Shown: positions 51,351 to 61,170 of the stretch, piece after piece
Layout of the letters: every line of letters begins with the position of its first letter
Position numbering within the stretch: the first letter of the stretch is position 1
From: Porticoccaceae bacterium
GTDB taxonomy: Bacteria; Pseudomonadota; Gammaproteobacteria; Pseudomonadales; Porticoccaceae
Direction of reading: 5' to 3'
Length of the DNA: 64,000 nucleotides
NCBI GenBank assembly: GCA_029242085.1
Contig: JAQWUP010000040.1
Coordinates: 21,245 to 85,244 of the forward strand
Position numbers and translations under genes: made by a program
Notes under the pieces: model-generated
The model's database searches: none
What the model was told of the DNA's origin: nothing
Seen by the model: the letters and a program-made list of their open reading frames with translations, nothing else

Positions 51351-52852
51351 TGGTGATGGTTAACCTGATACTGATACTGCTGGTGGGTGGTGTACTGGCA
51401 CTGCTGTCAGAGCGACTTGATGAAAATATGCCGCGCAAAGTGGCGCTAGGGGTCGTGGTTGTCGATCTGCTGTATTTTTTGAATCACTTATTAGCAATGC
51501 CTGAACTCAATCAGTTGCAGGCGCCCTTGGCTAGCGACCCCAGTACCTGGCTAATGCACTTTAGGGCCGACTGGATTCCCGCCTTTGGTGTTAGCATAGA
51601 GCTAGCACTTGATGGTATCAGCATGCTCATGGTGCTGTTAACACTGGTTCTGGGTGCGGTGGCTGTGAGTGCCTCGTGGACCGATGTGACTGTGCGGCGA
51701 GGTTTTTTTGAGGCCAATTTGCTGTGGACATTAGCTGGGGTACTCGGCGTATTTATGGCCCTGGACCTGTTTCTATTTTTCTTATTTTGGGAAGTTATGC
51801 TAATTCCCATGTACTTTTTGATCGCTATCTGGGGCCATGAGAATCGCGGCTATGCGGCCATGAAATTCTTTATCTTTACCCAGGCCAGTGGCCTGTTAAT
51901 GCTAGTATCTATTTTGACTCTGGTGGCCGTTAATCACAGCGCCACAGGTCAGTGGAGCTTCAGTTATTTCGCGCTGCTCAATACGCCTATGGCTGAAACC
52001 ACTGCCCATTGGTTGATGGTCGGGTTCTTTATTGCCTTCGTGGTCAAGTTGCCGGTTTTTCCCTTTCATACTTGGTTGCCTGACGCCCATACCCAGGCCC
52101 CCACCGCGGGTAGTGTTATTTTAGCGGGAATTCTACTTAAGACCGGTGCCTACGGACTGATTCGTTTTGCTGTGCCGTTATTTCCAGATGCGGCCATGGA
52201 CTTCTCTTATGTGGCCATGGTGCTGGGTGCTGCTGGGGTAGTTTATGGCGCAGTTCTGGCCTTTGCGCAAACCGACTTTAAACGCCTGATTGCCTATAGC
52301 AGTGTTAGCCATATGGGCTTTGTATTGCTCGGGGTCTATGCTTGGAACGAGTTGGCTCTGCAGGGGGCAGTGATGCAAATGGTCGCCCATGGTTTTAGTA
52401 CCGCGGCACTGTTTATGATTGCAGGTTCGTTGCAGGAGCGCCTGCATACCAGAGATATGCGTGAGATGGGCGGCCTTTGGCACTACATGCCACGCATGGG
52501 TGCTGTGGCCATGTTCTTTGTAGTCGCCTCATTGGGATTGCCCGGCCTGGGTAACTTTGTCGCTGAGTTTTTGGTGCTGTTAGGCCTGTTTAAGGTTGAT
52601 CCATGGATGACGGCTATAGCTGCCCTAGGTCTTATTACTGGTGCAGCCTATTCGTTATTGCTGATGCAGCGCTCCTTTCAAGGTGAGCCAAACCCTAAAC
52701 TCGCCGACCACGGATTGATTGATTTTGGTGGTCGCGAGATGCTTACCATGGCAGTCATGATGGTGGCTCTGATTGGCTTGGGTATATATCCCCAGCCGGT
52801 CTTGGATCTTGCCCAACCAGTGCTGCAAAGCCTACTGGAGGTGACGCCATGA
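51350..52852 (+). CDS. nuoM: NADH-quinone oxidoreductase subunit M
   Basis: FFLFWE, KLPVFPFHTWLPDAH, AYSSVSHMG, GLPG..NFVAEF. Confidence 0.96.
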   Translation: MVMVNLILILLVGGVLALLSERLDENMPRKVALGVVVVDLLYFLNHLLAMPELNQLQAPLASDPSTWLMHFRADWIPAFGVSIELALDGISMLMVLLTLVLGAVAVSASWTDVTVRRGFFEANLLWTLAGVLGVFMALDLFLFFLFWEVMLIPMYFLIAIWGHENRGYAAMKFFIFTQASGLLMLVSILTLVAVNHSATGQWSFSYFALLNTPMAETTAHWLMVGFFIAFVVKLPVFPFHTWLPDAHTQAPTAGSVILAGILLKTGAYGLIRFAVPLFPDAAMDFSYVAMVLGAAGVVYGAVLAFAQTDFKRLIAYSSVSHMGFVLLGVYAWNELALQGAVMQMVAHGFSTAALFMIAGSLQERLHTRDMREMGGLWHYMPRMGAVAMFFVVASLGLPGLGNFVAEFLVLLGLFKVDPWMTAIAALGLITGAAYSLLLMQRSFQGEPNPKLADHGLIDFGGREMLTMAVMMVALIGLGIYPQPVLDLAQPVLQSLLEVTP

Positions 52853-54288
52853 ACGCAAATTCACTGATGGCACTAATGCCAATTTTAATGCTGTCCCTGA
52901 CGGCAGTGGTATTGATGATACAGGCCTCTATTAAACGGGATCAGTCAGTTGCCTGGTTTATTTCCGCGCTGGGTTTTCTGCTCACGCTGTGGGGCGCAGG
53001 CTATGCTAGAGAATTTACTCAGCCAGTAACTGTGCTGTTGATAGTGGATGACTGGGGACTATTCTTTACCACGCTTATTGTCGCGGCCGCGCTGGTTACA
53101 TTGATTTTATCGCGGGATACCTTCTCCACTGAGGGTGAGCGCAAGGAAGAATACTATCTTTTGCTGGTGTTGTCGGTGCTTGGCGCAGTGGTACTGATTC
53201 AGTCTAGCCATATGGTGTCATTGCTGTTGGGTATGGAGCTGATGGGCGTGGCTCTCTATGCCATGATCGCCTTTCCAGAAAAAGGCCAGCTACCCCTTGA
53301 GGCGTCCATTAAGTATTTGGTGCTATCAGCCTGTGCATCGGCCATGTTGCTCTATGGCTTTGCGCTGCTCTACGCCGCAACAGGCGATCTAAGCTATGGG
53401 GGAATAGGCCTTAAAGCTATGCTGGCCTATCAGCAAAACCCAATATTGCTGATGTCGGGAACAGCGATGGTGTTAGCCGGTATAGGTTTTAAATTGTCGG
53501 TAGTGCCTTTTCATATGTGGACGCCAGATGTCTATGAAGGCGCACCCACGCCGGTAACTGGATTCTTAGCTACAATTTCTAAAGGAGCTGTATTCGTTGC
53601 TCTGACCCGTTTTTTTGTCGAGGGGCAACTGTATGAGTATCAGTCATTAATGACAGCCTTAGCAGCTGTTGCCATTGCCTCGATGCTAATCGGTAACTGG
53701 CTCGCCCTGCGGCAGGAAAATATCAAACGCCTGTTGGCCTATTCTTCTATTGCTCATTTTGGGTATCTACTGGTTGTACTAATTGCGCTGTCCCACGAGG
53801 GTGCTGAGGCGGGCCTGATTCGGCAAGCTATTACGTTCTATCTGGCGGCTTATATACTGACAACATTGGCTGCCTTTGCCGTCGTTGCTTGTATCGCTGG
53901 TGAAGATGAAAGCAAGAACCAAATTGCAGCCTTTGATGGTCTATTTTGGCGCAGGCGCATCCAGGCATCTAGCCTTACGGTTGCCATGTTGTCTTTCGCC
54001 GGTATACCTCTTACGGCTGGATTTGTCGGCAAATTCTATGTGATTAGTGTCGGTATTCAGTCGCAGCTTTGGTGGCTCTTAGCGGCCTTGGTAATTGGTA
54101 GTGCAATTGCTATCTACTATTATCTACGTATTATTTTTACTATGACCAAGTCTGCTGGCACAGCGGCAAGTGGCCAATTTAGGGCATCAACAGCCTCTCA
54201 GGATGTACTGGCTATGCTATTACTGATAATGGTGTTATTACTTGGTAGCTGGCCACAACCGTTTATTGAATTTGCCGGTCGGCTCTAA
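52849..54288 (+). CDS. nuoN: NADH-quinone oxidoreductase subunit N
   Basis: LEASIKY, FKLSVVPFHMWTPDVYEGAP, AYSSIAH, GIPLTAGFVGK. Confidence 0.95.
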   Translation: MNANSLMALMPILMLSLTAVVLMIQASIKRDQSVAWFISALGFLLTLWGAGYAREFTQPVTVLLIVDDWGLFFTTLIVAAALVTLILSRDTFSTEGERKEEYYLLLVLSVLGAVVLIQSSHMVSLLLGMELMGVALYAMIAFPEKGQLPLEASIKYLVLSACASAMLLYGFALLYAATGDLSYGGIGLKAMLAYQQNPILLMSGTAMVLAGIGFKLSVVPFHMWTPDVYEGAPTPVTGFLATISKGAVFVALTRFFVEGQLYEYQSLMTALAAVAIASMLIGNWLALRQENIKRLLAYSSIAHFGYLLVVLIALSHEGAEAGLIRQAITFYLAAYILTTLAAFAVVACIAGEDESKNQIAAFDGLFWRRRIQASSLTVAMLSFAGIPLTAGFVGKFYVISVGIQSQLWWLLAALVIGSAIAIYYYLRIIFTMTKSAGTAASGQFRASTASQDVLAMLLLIMVLLLGSWPQPFIEFAGRL

Positions 54289-54330
54289 TGGCAGCAGCGA
54301 CTCTAAAGCAGATAACAGCAGGAGTTACCT

Positions 54331-54750
54331 ATGTTACGTTCAGTTGATCTAAGTGATTATATGCTTCACGATCCAGTTAAAATTTTATTAGATGATGATG
54401 TATTTGCCGCAATTGCACTTATTCACGAGCACAAGGTTTCTGGGGTCTGTGTTGTAGATGGCGAGGGTCTCTTGGTAGGTATTTTGTCCGAGCTTGATTG
54501 CCTGCGGGCGATTCTTGGCGCCACCTATAATGAGAATGGTGATGTGGGTAAGGTCAGGGAATATATGTCGGTGGATGCGGATTATTGTGATATTCACGCC
54601 GATCTAGTAGATGTGGCAACCGATATGCTAGATAAGGGTCATCGCCGTCGGCCTGTTCTTGATCATGGTAAGTTGGTCGGACAGATAACCTGCCGTCAGC
54701 TGCTGCGAGTGGTGAGTCACTTTAATGAGAGCGCCCCCGAGGCTCATTAA
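54331..54750 (+). CDS. Stand-alone CBS-pair protein
   Basis: Two CBS repeats (SGVCVVD...LVGILSELD; RRRPVLD..LVGQIT); AGGAG SD. Confidence 0.88.
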   Translation: MLRSVDLSDYMLHDPVKILLDDDVFAAIALIHEHKVSGVCVVDGEGLLVGILSELDCLRAILGATYNENGDVGKVREYMSVDADYCDIHADLVDVATDMLDKGHRRRPVLDHGKLVGQITCRQLLRVVSHFNESAPEAH

Positions 54751-55588
54751 TCTGCCGATTTTCATCCAGTTGAAACAGGTAGTCAACGCGGCTCGGCATC
54801 TCTTGTAAACAGTGCTCAGTAATACGCTGGTAGTACTGGATAAATCCTAGTATTTCAGTTTCATTCATTAATGGTCTGGCCATTTTGCTCTCCTGCTCAA
54901 GACGCCACTTATAGATGGTGTCGAAGGAAGGTGCGCGTAACATACATAAGGTATCGGCCATACTAAAAAGCCTCTGATAGTCTCCAGCTAGAGCATTATT
55001 GACATAGTTTCGCCAAACCCCATTGCTGTCCTCTGTATCTTCAAGCTGATTAACCGGATCACTCAATTCTGTCTGTTTCTGAGCGCGAGCGCCCATGCAC
55101 CAGCCTTCTAAAACAATTAAGCCAACGGGGCCGCTAATTGTTTCGCACTGTTGCGCAGGGAATCTGTCATCACTGCTCTTATCGAATCTGGTTACTAAAG
55201 TTGGGGACTCTGCGGCGATCAAGCCATTGATGGTAGCTATAGCAAGGTCTATATCATGGGTTCCTGGCACACCGCGAGTTGCCAGCAATGGGTGGACATC
55301 CTGGGCTAATTTAAGGCGCTCTGCTTTGGTTAGATAAAAGTCATCTAATGATAGAGCTACGGTAGTGATATTGTGCTGTTCGGCAATCACTGTGCACAGA
55401 TAGTCGGCGGCTGTTGACTTCCCCGAACCCTGTGAGCCATTAATAGCAATAATACGAGTTTTTGAATGCCCTTTAAGGTGTTGCTGGGCAAAATTTCCCA
55501 GAACAGATTTATAGTTTTTTTGTGCCTGCTCAAGGTAGTTATCGGGCAGCTGATTGCGCTGCAAAAAGTCGGACTGTGCGGTATTCAT
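54722..55588 (-). CDS. P-loop kinase, D-glycerate 3-kinase (GLYK)-like / phosphoribulokinase-uridine kinase family
   Basis: NGSQGSGKST, SLDDFYL, RGVPGTHD, FDKS.DDR, LEGWC, WRLEQE. Confidence 0.8.
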   Translation of the reverse strand: MNTAQSDFLQRNQLPDNYLEQAQKNYKSVLGNFAQQHLKGHSKTRIIAINGSQGSGKSTAADYLCTVIAEQHNITTVALSLDDFYLTKAERLKLAQDVHPLLATRGVPGTHDIDLAIATINGLIAAESPTLVTRFDKSSDDRFPAQQCETISGPVGLIVLEGWCMGARAQKQTELSDPVNQLEDTEDSNGVWRNYVNNALAGDYQRLFSMADTLCMLRAPSFDTIYKWRLEQESKMARPLMNETEILGFIQYYQRITEHCLQEMPSRVDYLFQLDENRQINEPRGRSH

Positions 55589-55755
55589 AGGCAGGAGAAA
55601 AACAGCTAGTGATTAATAAGATGTTTAGACTAGCATAGCTAGGCAAAGGTAAAAATGCTGAATAGAATAAAAAATAGTTGGCTGGGTAATATTTTTATCC
55701 TAATAACTGTGCCAGAATCAAGGGTATATAACTCTAATTAAACTAATTTAATGAA

Positions 55756-57141
55756 ATGAAAAAAGTAAGACTTAAAGTTTCGATTACATTATCCCTAATA
55801 ATTACACTGTCCATTTCAGCTCCAGTCTTAGCCGGCAATGTTATTTTGATTATTGGCGACGGTATGGATGATCAACAGATCAGTATTGCGCGCAATTATT
55901 TAGTGGGCACCACTGGTAAGCTCAGCCTTGATAATCTGCCCGTGAGAAGTAATGTTCAGGTACTCACCGTTTCGGATCGATTTCCCAAACACCCTTTGTA
56001 TGTAGCCGATTCGGCGAATAGCGCAACATCAATGGCCTCGGGGGTAGTGACCAGTAAGGGACGTATCGGCACCACTGCAGGCACTGATGAGGATGTGGTT
56101 AATATCATTGAGTTAGCGCAGAAACGAGGTATTAGGACAGGGGTTGTTACCACCGCCAGTATCACTGATGCCACACCAGCTGCATTCTATGCCCATACCA
56201 ATAGTCGCGGCTGCCAAAATCCTGCGATGATGGTCAATGCGGAGTTTTATCCTAGAGTCTTTGTTGACTGCTCAGCGGATCTTAAAAGTAATGGCGGCAA
56301 GGGGTCGATTTCGGAGCAGCTGGTTAACTCAGGTGTCGATCTGATGCTGGGTGGTGGCTTAAAGCATTTTACCCTGCCTTCTGAAGGCGATGGTGATGAG
56401 GTTATTGCATTGGCAGAGCAGGCCGGCTATCAGTTGGCACTCAACCCTAAGCAGCTTGATAGCATTGATCAGGGTAAGCTATTGGGGCTCTTTTCACCCA
56501 GCACTATGCCGGTAATCTGGCGTGGTGAAAGTGATCGTGCAGCTGAGCAATCTGAGATGACCTGGCCCGGTATGATTCACTGGACATTGGGCGAAGCGAT
56601 CGACCCTGAGCCTATGCGCTGCGAAGAGAACCCACAATTTACGGATCTGCCAACACTGGTGCAGATGACTGACAAGGCGTTGTCGATACTGGATTCAGAT
56701 GACAGTGATTTCTTTCTTATGATCGAGTCAGCGTCAATCGATAAGCAGGCTCACTACCGTAAAACTTGCGGCAGTATTGGCGAGCTACAGCAGCTAAATG
56801 ATGCTCTAGACAGTGCCATGAAATATGCTGAGTCTCATCCAGATACCTTGATTCTGGTGACTGCTGACCATGGCCATGCTGCGCAGATAGTGCCCGATAC
56901 TTCCTTATTTGCTGCGAGTCCGTACCCTATTTATAGACCGGGGCATCTATCCCGCATAATTACGCCGCAGGGCCAGATTATGGCGGTCAACTATGCGACC
57001 ACTGACTTTTTCACTGAAGAGCATACGGGCGTTACTGTGCCCCTGATGGCCAATAAGGTCGGTGTAGGTCTATTGCCATCAATGATTACCCAGCCGCAAA
57101 TTTTTAATATTGTAAGAGACCATTTGTTTCAGGAGTATTGA
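55756..57141 (+). CDS. phoA: Secreted alkaline phosphatase, PhoA family
   Basis: Signal peptide; GDGM, DSA catalytic Ser, DATPA, SR, ESASIDKQAH, ADH, EHTG ligand motifs all present. Confidence 0.9.
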   Translation: MKKVRLKVSITLSLIITLSISAPVLAGNVILIIGDGMDDQQISIARNYLVGTTGKLSLDNLPVRSNVQVLTVSDRFPKHPLYVADSANSATSMASGVVTSKGRIGTTAGTDEDVVNIIELAQKRGIRTGVVTTASITDATPAAFYAHTNSRGCQNPAMMVNAEFYPRVFVDCSADLKSNGGKGSISEQLVNSGVDLMLGGGLKHFTLPSEGDGDEVIALAEQAGYQLALNPKQLDSIDQGKLLGLFSPSTMPVIWRGESDRAAEQSEMTWPGMIHWTLGEAIDPEPMRCEENPQFTDLPTLVQMTDKALSILDSDDSDFFLMIESASIDKQAHYRKTCGSIGELQQLNDALDSAMKYAESHPDTLILVTADHGHAAQIVPDTSLFAASPYPIYRPGHLSRIITPQGQIMAVNYATTDFFTEEHTGVTVPLMANKVGVGLLPSMITQPQIFNIVRDHLFQEY

Positions 57142-57209
57142 GTTTTACGGGATAACCCGAGTCTTCAACTCAAAGACCAAACTAACAATAACAATAGGAC
57201 ATTATCCCT

Positions 57210-57845
57210 ATGCTGACCGTTCATCACTTGAATAATTCTCGCTCGCAGCGAGTTCTTTGGCTCCTAGAGGAACTTGATGTTGAGTATCAGATCAAATGCT
57301 ATCAACGCGATGCACAGACTAGTTTGGCACCACCAGAACTGGAAGCGGTTCATGTATTGGGTAAATCGCCGGTCATTACCGATGGCAGCCAAACTATTAT
57401 CGAGTCAGGCGCCATCATTGATTATATTTTGCGTCACTATGATGTAGATCGCAGCCTTATACCCGAGGTTGGTACAGCGCACCATGAGCAATATTTGCAG
57501 TGGCTACATTATGCAGAGGGCAGTGCAGCCCTACCTTTAATGCTTAAACTTTATACCTCAAGGCTAGCTGACGGCGGTGCAGAGTTGCAGCCGCGAATTG
57601 GCGACGAGATGCAAAGACATCTTGGTTATTTAGATCAGGCACTAGAGGGCGAAGATTGGTTTGTTGGTAACAAAATCTCGGGCGCCGATATTCAATTATC
57701 CTTTATTGCCGAAGTTGCCCCCTTACTCTACTCTCTAGAGGCTCTGCCGAATCTGGCAGCGTTTCGTGATCGTTGCCATGCTCGACCCGCCTATCGGAGA
57801 GCATTGGATCGGGGCGGAGTCTATGCCTATGGACCAACTAACTAA
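57210..57845 (+). CDS. Glutathione S-transferase (GTT1-like)
   Basis: HHLNNSRSQRVLWLLEEL, LGKSPVI, ESGAI, ADIQ. Confidence 0.92.
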   Translation: MLTVHHLNNSRSQRVLWLLEELDVEYQIKCYQRDAQTSLAPPELEAVHVLGKSPVITDGSQTIIESGAIIDYILRHYDVDRSLIPEVGTAHHEQYLQWLHYAEGSAALPLMLKLYTSRLADGGAELQPRIGDEMQRHLGYLDQALEGEDWFVGNKISGADIQLSFIAEVAPLLYSLEALPNLAAFRDRCHARPAYRRALDRGGVYAYGPTN

Positions 57846-57996
57846 TAGCTTTAAGCCAGCGAGCAGGGGTATCTGGCACAGTTTCTCAGTTTGACCAAAA
57901 AACGAAGTTCTATCTGGTTACCTAACAACTTTAACTTCGCTAGATTAAAAACCACAAATAGGATGCGTGCCATTTTTTCTCTTTGAGAGATTTTGT

Positions 57997-58206
57997 ATGG
58001 CTAATTTAAAGCAGAAATTTGGCACTAGGCCAAAATTGCTGAGAACCCAGAAAGGTACTACTCGAGAATTACTGGCAGCACAAACTGACCTTGCCATTGA
58101 GTCTATTAGCAATATGGAGCGCGGCATATTTGGTCCAAGATTTGGTAATGTTGAAAAGATCGCAGCGGTTGTTGATGTTGAGGTCAAACGACTATTTGAG
58201 TTTTAG
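57997..58206 (+). CDS. Small XRE-family helix-turn-helix protein, possibly degenerating
   Basis: LKQKFG...LR..KG.T.E.LA....ISNMERG..GP...EKIA; 69 aa; Pro in helix 1 and TR in place of the usual TQ. Confidence 0.7.
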   Translation: MANLKQKFGTRPKLLRTQKGTTRELLAAQTDLAIESISNMERGIFGPRFGNVEKIAAVVDVEVKRLFEF

Positions 58207-58335
58207 TGTTTAGAAAAATCTACTATTTAAGCAATTGGTAAATGATTGATCGTCTATGTTTGATAGATGGCCGCGATGTTGCAAGCTCAAATACTACCAT
58301 TGCAGATGCAGCAACTAAGGGGATTTGCCCCCATT

Positions 58336-58532
58336 ATGGAAAGTAGTCAAAAGGAGGTTAGACGCCATTGAGAGGCATAGATTAGGAGCGGGCTGCGAGA
58401 CAGGTTGCCGAAGGTCAGCTAGAGGGGAGAAAATTTGAGCTGCAGGAGAACATGCAGGTACTAAATCAGCACATCGAAATAGTTACAGGAGATAATAAAA
58501 AGCGACGTAAAAATACTCTGGAAATAGAATAG
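58336..58532 (+). pseudogene. Decayed 5' fragment of a probable sensory signalling gene (histidine kinase/GGDEF-type N-terminal coiled coil)
   Basis: MESSQKEVRRH*EA*IR then a frameshift to ERAARQVAEGQLEGRKFELQENMQVL; resemblance to RERAARKEAE..LE.K..EL judged by eye. Confidence 0.4.
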
Positions 58533-58542
58533 ATGCGAAATT

Positions 58543-59451
58543 CTAGTTAAGCTGATAGCTTTTAATTGTGAAGTGTATTTCTGTTTGCAGCAGATTTAAA
58601 TTTTTTAACTGTTCTTGTTGTTCGACACGGGCATGCCAATAATAGGGCGTCATTTTTAGTAAATCGAGAATATCGGAGCCCTTAACCGTAATGATATCTT
58701 TTATCTCGAGCTGCTCCTGTAGGCTAAATAGCTCGAGACTGTCGTCAATATTATTGCCGCGGTGGGGTACATTTTGTGCATAGATCTGTGCGGTCAACCC
58801 GGCCAGATGGCGTTTGCCAGGCCCCACCATTATAAAGCGTCCGCCCGGTCTCAATATTCGTGCAGTTTCATTGATACTAATGGGCGAAAATACGGAAATC
58901 GCACTGTCTACACTGTTGTTGTGGAGTGGCAGATTAAATGCACTGTCCACGGCAAGCTGGGCACCCATTTTCCGTTTAGCCGCTAGGCGCACCGCAGCTT
59001 TTGAAATATCAATGCCATAGAGAGCCAGTTTGCTAGATGCCTGTCGTAGCTGTTGCATGTAGTAGCCTTCACCGCAGCCCATATCTAAGACGCGTTGGTC
59101 GTCGCCTGTCTGGCGCACATGACTAACAATGCTATCAGCCAAAGGTTGGTAATAACCTGCATTTAGAAAGCGCTGACGGCTGCGAATCATCTCATCGCTA
59201 TCGCCTGGATTGCGGCTGCGCCTGTGTTGTGCAAGTAGTAGATTCAGATAGCCTTCTTTTGCCATATCAAAACTGTGCTTGTTAATACAGCTAAAGGTTT
59301 TATTTGGTCCTAGGCTGGTTGTGGCTAGGTGGGCGTTGCAATTGGGACACTTAAATACACTGACCGTCCCAGATGCCGACTCATCAGTTTGAGGGGCTGT
59401 CAGGCTGTCGTCCCTGAGGCGAACAGGGGGATAGCTAAAGGGTTCCGACAC
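58543..59451 (-). CDS. rlmA: 23S rRNA m1G745 methyltransferase (RlmA family)
   Basis: CPNC...C..H zinc motif, FDMAKEGYLNLL, PGDS, LDMGCGEGYY, MTPY. Confidence 0.9.
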   Translation of the reverse strand: MSEPFSYPPVRLRDDSLTAPQTDESASGTVSVFKCPNCNAHLATTSLGPNKTFSCINKHSFDMAKEGYLNLLLAQHRRSRNPGDSDEMIRSRQRFLNAGYYQPLADSIVSHVRQTGDDQRVLDMGCGEGYYMQQLRQASSKLALYGIDISKAAVRLAAKRKMGAQLAVDSAFNLPLHNNSVDSAISVFSPISINETARILRPGGRFIMVGPGKRHLAGLTAQIYAQNVPHRGNNIDDSLELFSLQEQLEIKDIITVKGSDILDLLKMTPYYWHARVEQQEQLKNLNLLQTEIHFTIKSYQLN

Positions 59452-59502
59452 AATGGACTCGCAAAATTTGAAAGTGCGAAGCTTACAGATTTTGAGCGCT
59501 GT

Positions 59503-61170
59503 TTAAAACAGCCCGACAACATCACCATTGGCATCCATATCAATGCTATTGGCTGCTGGTGCACGTGGCAGTCCAGGCATAGTCATAATGTCGCCACAGA
59601 CCACCACGATAAAACCAGCACCGGCAGATAGTCTGACCTCACGAATAGCAACCACATGATTAGAGGGGGCTCCCTTGAGATTTGGGTCGGTCGAGAAACT
59701 GTACTGAGTTTTAGCAATACAGATAGGAAAATGTCCATAGCCGCTGTCTTGCAGATTGCGAATTTGATCGCGAATTTTCTTGTCGGCAATAATATCGGCG
59801 GCGCGATAGAGTCTTGTGGCAACGGTTTTTATCTTGTCCCAAATAGGCATATTGTCTGGATAGAGTGGTGCAAAATTAGCATGACCTGTATCTACCAGCG
59901 CCACCACTTCATGGGCCAGCTCCTCTGTACCTGCGCCACCATCCGCCCAGTGGGTGCAGTCAATCGCCTTGACACCATTGGCTAGTGCAATCTCTTTTAT
60001 AAGCGCGATCTCGGCATCTGTATCAGAGGTAAAGCGATTGATACCAACCACTACGGGTATGCCAAAGGCTTTGACATTTTCAATATGGCGCGCAAGGTTA
60101 CTACAGCCTTCCTCAAGGGCGGCCAGATCTTCTTTGTCTAAATCTTCTCGACTGACACCACCGTGCATTTTTAACGCGCGAGTGGTGGCTACAATAACTG
60201 CGGCATCAGGTTTTAGATCAGCAGAGCGGCACTTAATATCAAAGAATTTTTCGGCCCCGAGGTCGGCCCCGAAACCTGCTTCCGTAACCACATAGTCGGC
60301 CATTTTAAGACCGGCCTTGGTAGCGATCACAGAGTTACAGCCATGAGCGATATTGGCAAAGGGACCACCGTGGATAATGGCCGGATTGTTTTCCAGAGTC
60401 TGCACCAGATTTGGTGCCAAAGCATCCTTAAGCAACACCGCCATAGCTCCGGTGCCGAGGATGTCGCTGGCATGCACCGGTTTCTGGTCGCGAGTATAAC
60501 CGATCACAATTTTATTGAGCCGCGCTTTGAGGTCATCTATATCGGTGGCCAGACAGAAGATAGCCATTACTTCAGAGGCCACCGTAATATCGTAGCCTTC
60601 CTGGCGCGGAAAACCGTTGCCTGGACCGCCGAGTCCACAGTTAATACTGCGCAACGCGCGATCATTCATATCGGCAACGCGCTTCCAGGCGATGCGGCGG
60701 GCATCAATTTCAAGGCTATTGCCCCAATGAATATGGTTGTCGATCAATGCAGATAGCAAATTATGAGCCGCGCCAATAGCGTGAAAGTCACCCGTGAAGT
60801 GCAGGTTGATGTCCTCCATCGGCACTACCTGAGCATAGCCACCACCGGCAGCACCACCCTTCATACCAAAGCAGGGCCCCAGACTCGGTTCGCGCAGACA
60901 GACTAGAGCATTTTTTCCGATGCGGTTAAGCCCGTCAGTCAGGCCCACAGAGGTAGTGGTTTTACCCTCACCTGCCGGAGTAGGTGTTATCGCGGTAACC
61001 AAAATCAATTTGCCATCGGGCTTTTCTTTTAACGAGGCAATATGTTCAGGGTCGATTTTAGCTTTGGTTCTGCCGTAGGGGATGAGTGCGGCATCTGGAA
61101 TATTTAGCTTTGCAGCAATTTCAGTAATGGGCTGGGTACTGGCACTTCGTGCTATTTCGATATCACTCAT
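59503..61170 (-). CDS. fhs: Formate--tetrahydrofolate ligase
   Basis: [53 protein letters not shown]. Confidence 0.96.
   Translation of the reverse strand: MSDIEIARSASTQPITEIAAKLNIPDAALIPYGRTKAKIDPEHIASLKEKPDGKLILVTAITPTPAGEGKTTTSVGLTDGLNRIGKNALVCLREPSLGPCFGMKGGAAGGGYAQVVPMEDINLHFTGDFHAIGAAHNLLSALIDNHIHWGNSLEIDARRIAWKRVADMNDRALRSINCGLGGPGNGFPRQEGYDITVASEVMAIFCLATDIDDLKARLNKIVIGYTRDQKPVHASDILGTGAMAVLLKDALAPNLVQTLENNPAIIHGGPFANIAHGCNSVIATKAGLKMADYVVTEAGFGADLGAEKFFDIKCRSADLKPDAAVIVATTRALKMHGGVSREDLDKEDLAALEEGCSNLARHIENVKAFGIPVVVGINRFTSDTDAEIALIKEIALANGVKAIDCTHWADGGAGTEELAHEVVALVDTGHANFAPLYPDNMPIWDKIKTVATRLYRAADIIADKKIRDQIRNLQDSGYGHFPICIAKTQYSFSTDPNLKGAPSNHVVAIREVRLSAGAGFIVVVCGDIMTMPGLPRAPAANSIDMDANGDVVGLF

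Noticed and set aside
55690-55720. Pho box upstream of phoA
   Set aside because: Only one weak half-site (CTGTGCC) and no good 11-bp-spaced partner.
57997-58206. Restriction-modification controller or toxin-antitoxin system
   Set aside because: No methyltransferase, nuclease or toxin ORF adjacent; rlmA is an rRNA methyltransferase.
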